The notes under the pieces are model-generated. The model made no database searches. It saw nothing but the letters and a program-made list of their open reading frames with translations, and had not been told where the DNA came from. Made by a program: the position numbers and the translations under genes. DNA of 63,478 nucleotides, the filler included, from Octopus bimaculoides (taxonomy: Eukaryota): the NCBI RefSeq assembly GCF_001194135.2. It is 4 parts of 4 records of this genome, joined end to end, with 100 filler letters (N's around TTAATTAATTAA, not from the genome) between each part and the next. Parts side by side here need not be neighbours in the genome. Positions count along the whole stretch, not along the records: positions 59,952 to 61,916 come from NC_069002.1; positions 62,017 to 63,478 come from NW_026406049.1; 2 more parts are not named here. One strand, given 5' to 3'. Every line of letters begins with the position of its first letter. The first letter of the stretch is position 1. Positions 61,560-63,478 of this stretch are shown here, in pieces.

Positions 61560-61765
61560 TGTTTATAGGTCACACCCTCCACCGAATTTGAAACTGCCTG
61601 ATGAAGAGCGTGAGGTGCCACGTGTCAGGTGTCGAAGTGACCGCTGAGCAAAAAGCGTGCGATGAAGTGTTTTGCTCGAGACCAAAATGCACGACTCGGT
61701 TTAAGAATTGAAACCACGATCTGCCGATCGTGAGTGCAACGCTCTGACCACAAGGTTATGCATCC
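61560..61765 (-). mobile_element. SINE family C-like copy, decayed
   Basis: Reverse complement has GTGGTTTCAATTC and CTCGAGCAAAACACTTCAT. Confidence 0.55.
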
Positions 61766-61797
61766 TAATCATAATAATAATGAAAATAATATGTCTG

Positions 61798-61847
<50 letters not shown>

Positions 61848-61852
61848 CATCC

Positions 61853-61915
<63 letters not shown>

Positions 61916-61916
61916 C

Positions 61917-62016
61917 NNNNNNNNNNNNNNNNNNNNNNNNNNNNNNNNNNNNNNNNNNNNTTAATTAATTAANNNNNNNNNNNNNNNNNNNNNNNNNNNN
62001 NNNNNNNNNNNNNNNN
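61917..62016. other. Synthetic scaffold join N44-TTAATTAATTAA-N44
   Basis: Same 100-nt linker. Confidence 0.93.
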
Positions 62017-62017
62017 A

Positions 62018-63478
62018 ACAACCACAACAGAACCAAAAACACCCACTACAAAGAAAGCAACATCTACAACAAAACCAAAAACAATAACGGAACCAACAAC
62101 CACAACAAAACCAACAACAACCACAACAGAACCAGCAACAACCAATATAGAACAAACAACAACCTCAACAAAACCAACAACAACTACAACAGGACCAACA
62201 ACGTCCAAAACAGAACCAACAATAACAACAACCGAAACAAAACCAGCAACAACCACAGCAGAGCTAACAACGCCCTCAACAAAACCGAGATCAACGACAA
62301 CAAAACCAATGACACCCACCACAGAACAAACAAGAACCACAAGAAAACCAACAACAACAACAACAGAACCACCACCAACAACAGCAAAAGCAACAACAAG
62401 CACAACAGAACCAACAACAACCACAACTGAATCAGCGAGAACAACAAAACCAACAACACCCACTTCAGAACCAACAACAAACACTTTAGAACAAACAAGA
62501 ACCACAAGACCAGCAATAACCACAACAGAAAAAGTAGCAACAACAACCACTACAGAACCAACAACAACCAAAACAGAATCAACAATAACCGCTACAGAAC
62601 CAACAACGCCCACAACAAAACCAAGAATAACCACAAGTAAACCAATGGCACCCACTACAGAACAAACAACAACTGCAACAAAACCAACAACAACCACAAC
62701 AGAACAAACAACAACAACAATAGCAAAACCAACAACAACAACAGCAAAACCAGCAACAACCACAACAAAACCAACAACAACCACAATAAAAGCAACAACT
62801 ACCACAACAATACCAACAACAACCACAACAGAACCAACAACAATCACAACAGGCCCAACAACAACCATAACAGAGCCATTAACAACCACTACAGAACCAA
62901 GAACCAGAATAAAACCAACAATGATCACTACAGAATCAACAACATCCACAGCAGAACCTCCAACTGGCACGACAAAGTTTAGAACAACAACCACAACTGA
63001 ACCAAAAACAGTCACACCACAAGTATTGACAACAAAAAAAGAACGAGCAACAATTACGATAGTACCAAAAACAACACCACTATATCCAACAACAGCTGAA
63101 CGAAAACCATTAAGAGCAACAATAGAACCAATAACAACCACACGAAAACGAACAACAGCAGAACCAACAACAACAGAGCCAACAATAACCACTCCAAAAC
63201 CAGTAACCACAACAAAAGCAACAGCGACCACAACAAAAGCAGGAATAATAACAGCAGAGCCAACAACAACCACAACAGAACCAAGAAGTACCACAACCAA
63301 GTCAACAACAACTGCACTAAAACCTAGCATAACCACAGCAGAACCAACACCAACCACAACTGAACGAACAACAACCATAGCAAGGTCATCAGCTACAGCC
63401 ACAACTCAGGAAACAACACCAAAACCAATAACAACCGCAACTATCACAAGAGGACCAACAACCACCAGAACACAACCA
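62018..63478 (+). CDS. Mucin-like Thr/Pro-rich (PTS) repeat exon, partial at both ends
   Basis: 487 codons with no stop (hand translation: TTTTTEPKTPTTKKATSTTKP...TRGPTTTRTQP); ~7-aa TTTT[E/K]PT period; Thr codons vary at the third position (ACA/ACC/ACT/ACG). Confidence 0.8.

Noticed and set aside
61598-61690. CTGATGAAGAGC as a hammerhead
   Set aside because: No GAAA after a closing stem II; the nearby GCTCGAGA belongs to a reverse SINE.
61969-63402. 477-aa Val-rich minus-strand ORF as a membrane protein
   Set aside because: Antisense shadow of the Thr/Pro repeat; it also runs into Ns and the synthetic linker.

Overview
Eukaryotic, AT-rich, microsatellite- and transposon-saturated DNA with many N gaps. 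The SINE/LINE families and repeat density point to an octopus (cephalopod) genome; this is inference. Three synthetic N44-TTAATTAATTAA-N44 joins (31948-32047, 59852-59951, 61917-62016) mean the window is at least four concatenated pieces. Only two host-gene pieces are supportable: an orphan terminal exon (33284-33351, +) and an uninterrupted 487-codon Thr/Pro mucin-like frame (62018-63478, +) that the ORF track misses. The rest is decayed mobile DNA: several tRNA-derived SINE families; RTE, Tx1/L1, R4/Dong-type and Penelope retroelements; mariner, Tigger/pogo, DD41D and hAT transposons; a Helentron-type HINE; and several fold-back/MITE elements. Best leads: (1) minimal hammerhead-ribozyme motifs in three unrelated repeats within 5 kb, one of them in a tRNA-headed SINE with a Penelope-style inverted partial copy; (2) an ORF1-only (HAL1-like) Tx1 derivative fused head-to-tail to a diverged relative; (3) an R4/Dong-type LINE array apparently targeting its own (ACAT)n tail; (4) a 122-bp-arm near-perfect palindrome; (5) templated filler DNA in a deleted mariner. 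No prokaryotic features, rRNA, intact tRNA or CRISPR array were seen. All alignments and folds were done by eye.
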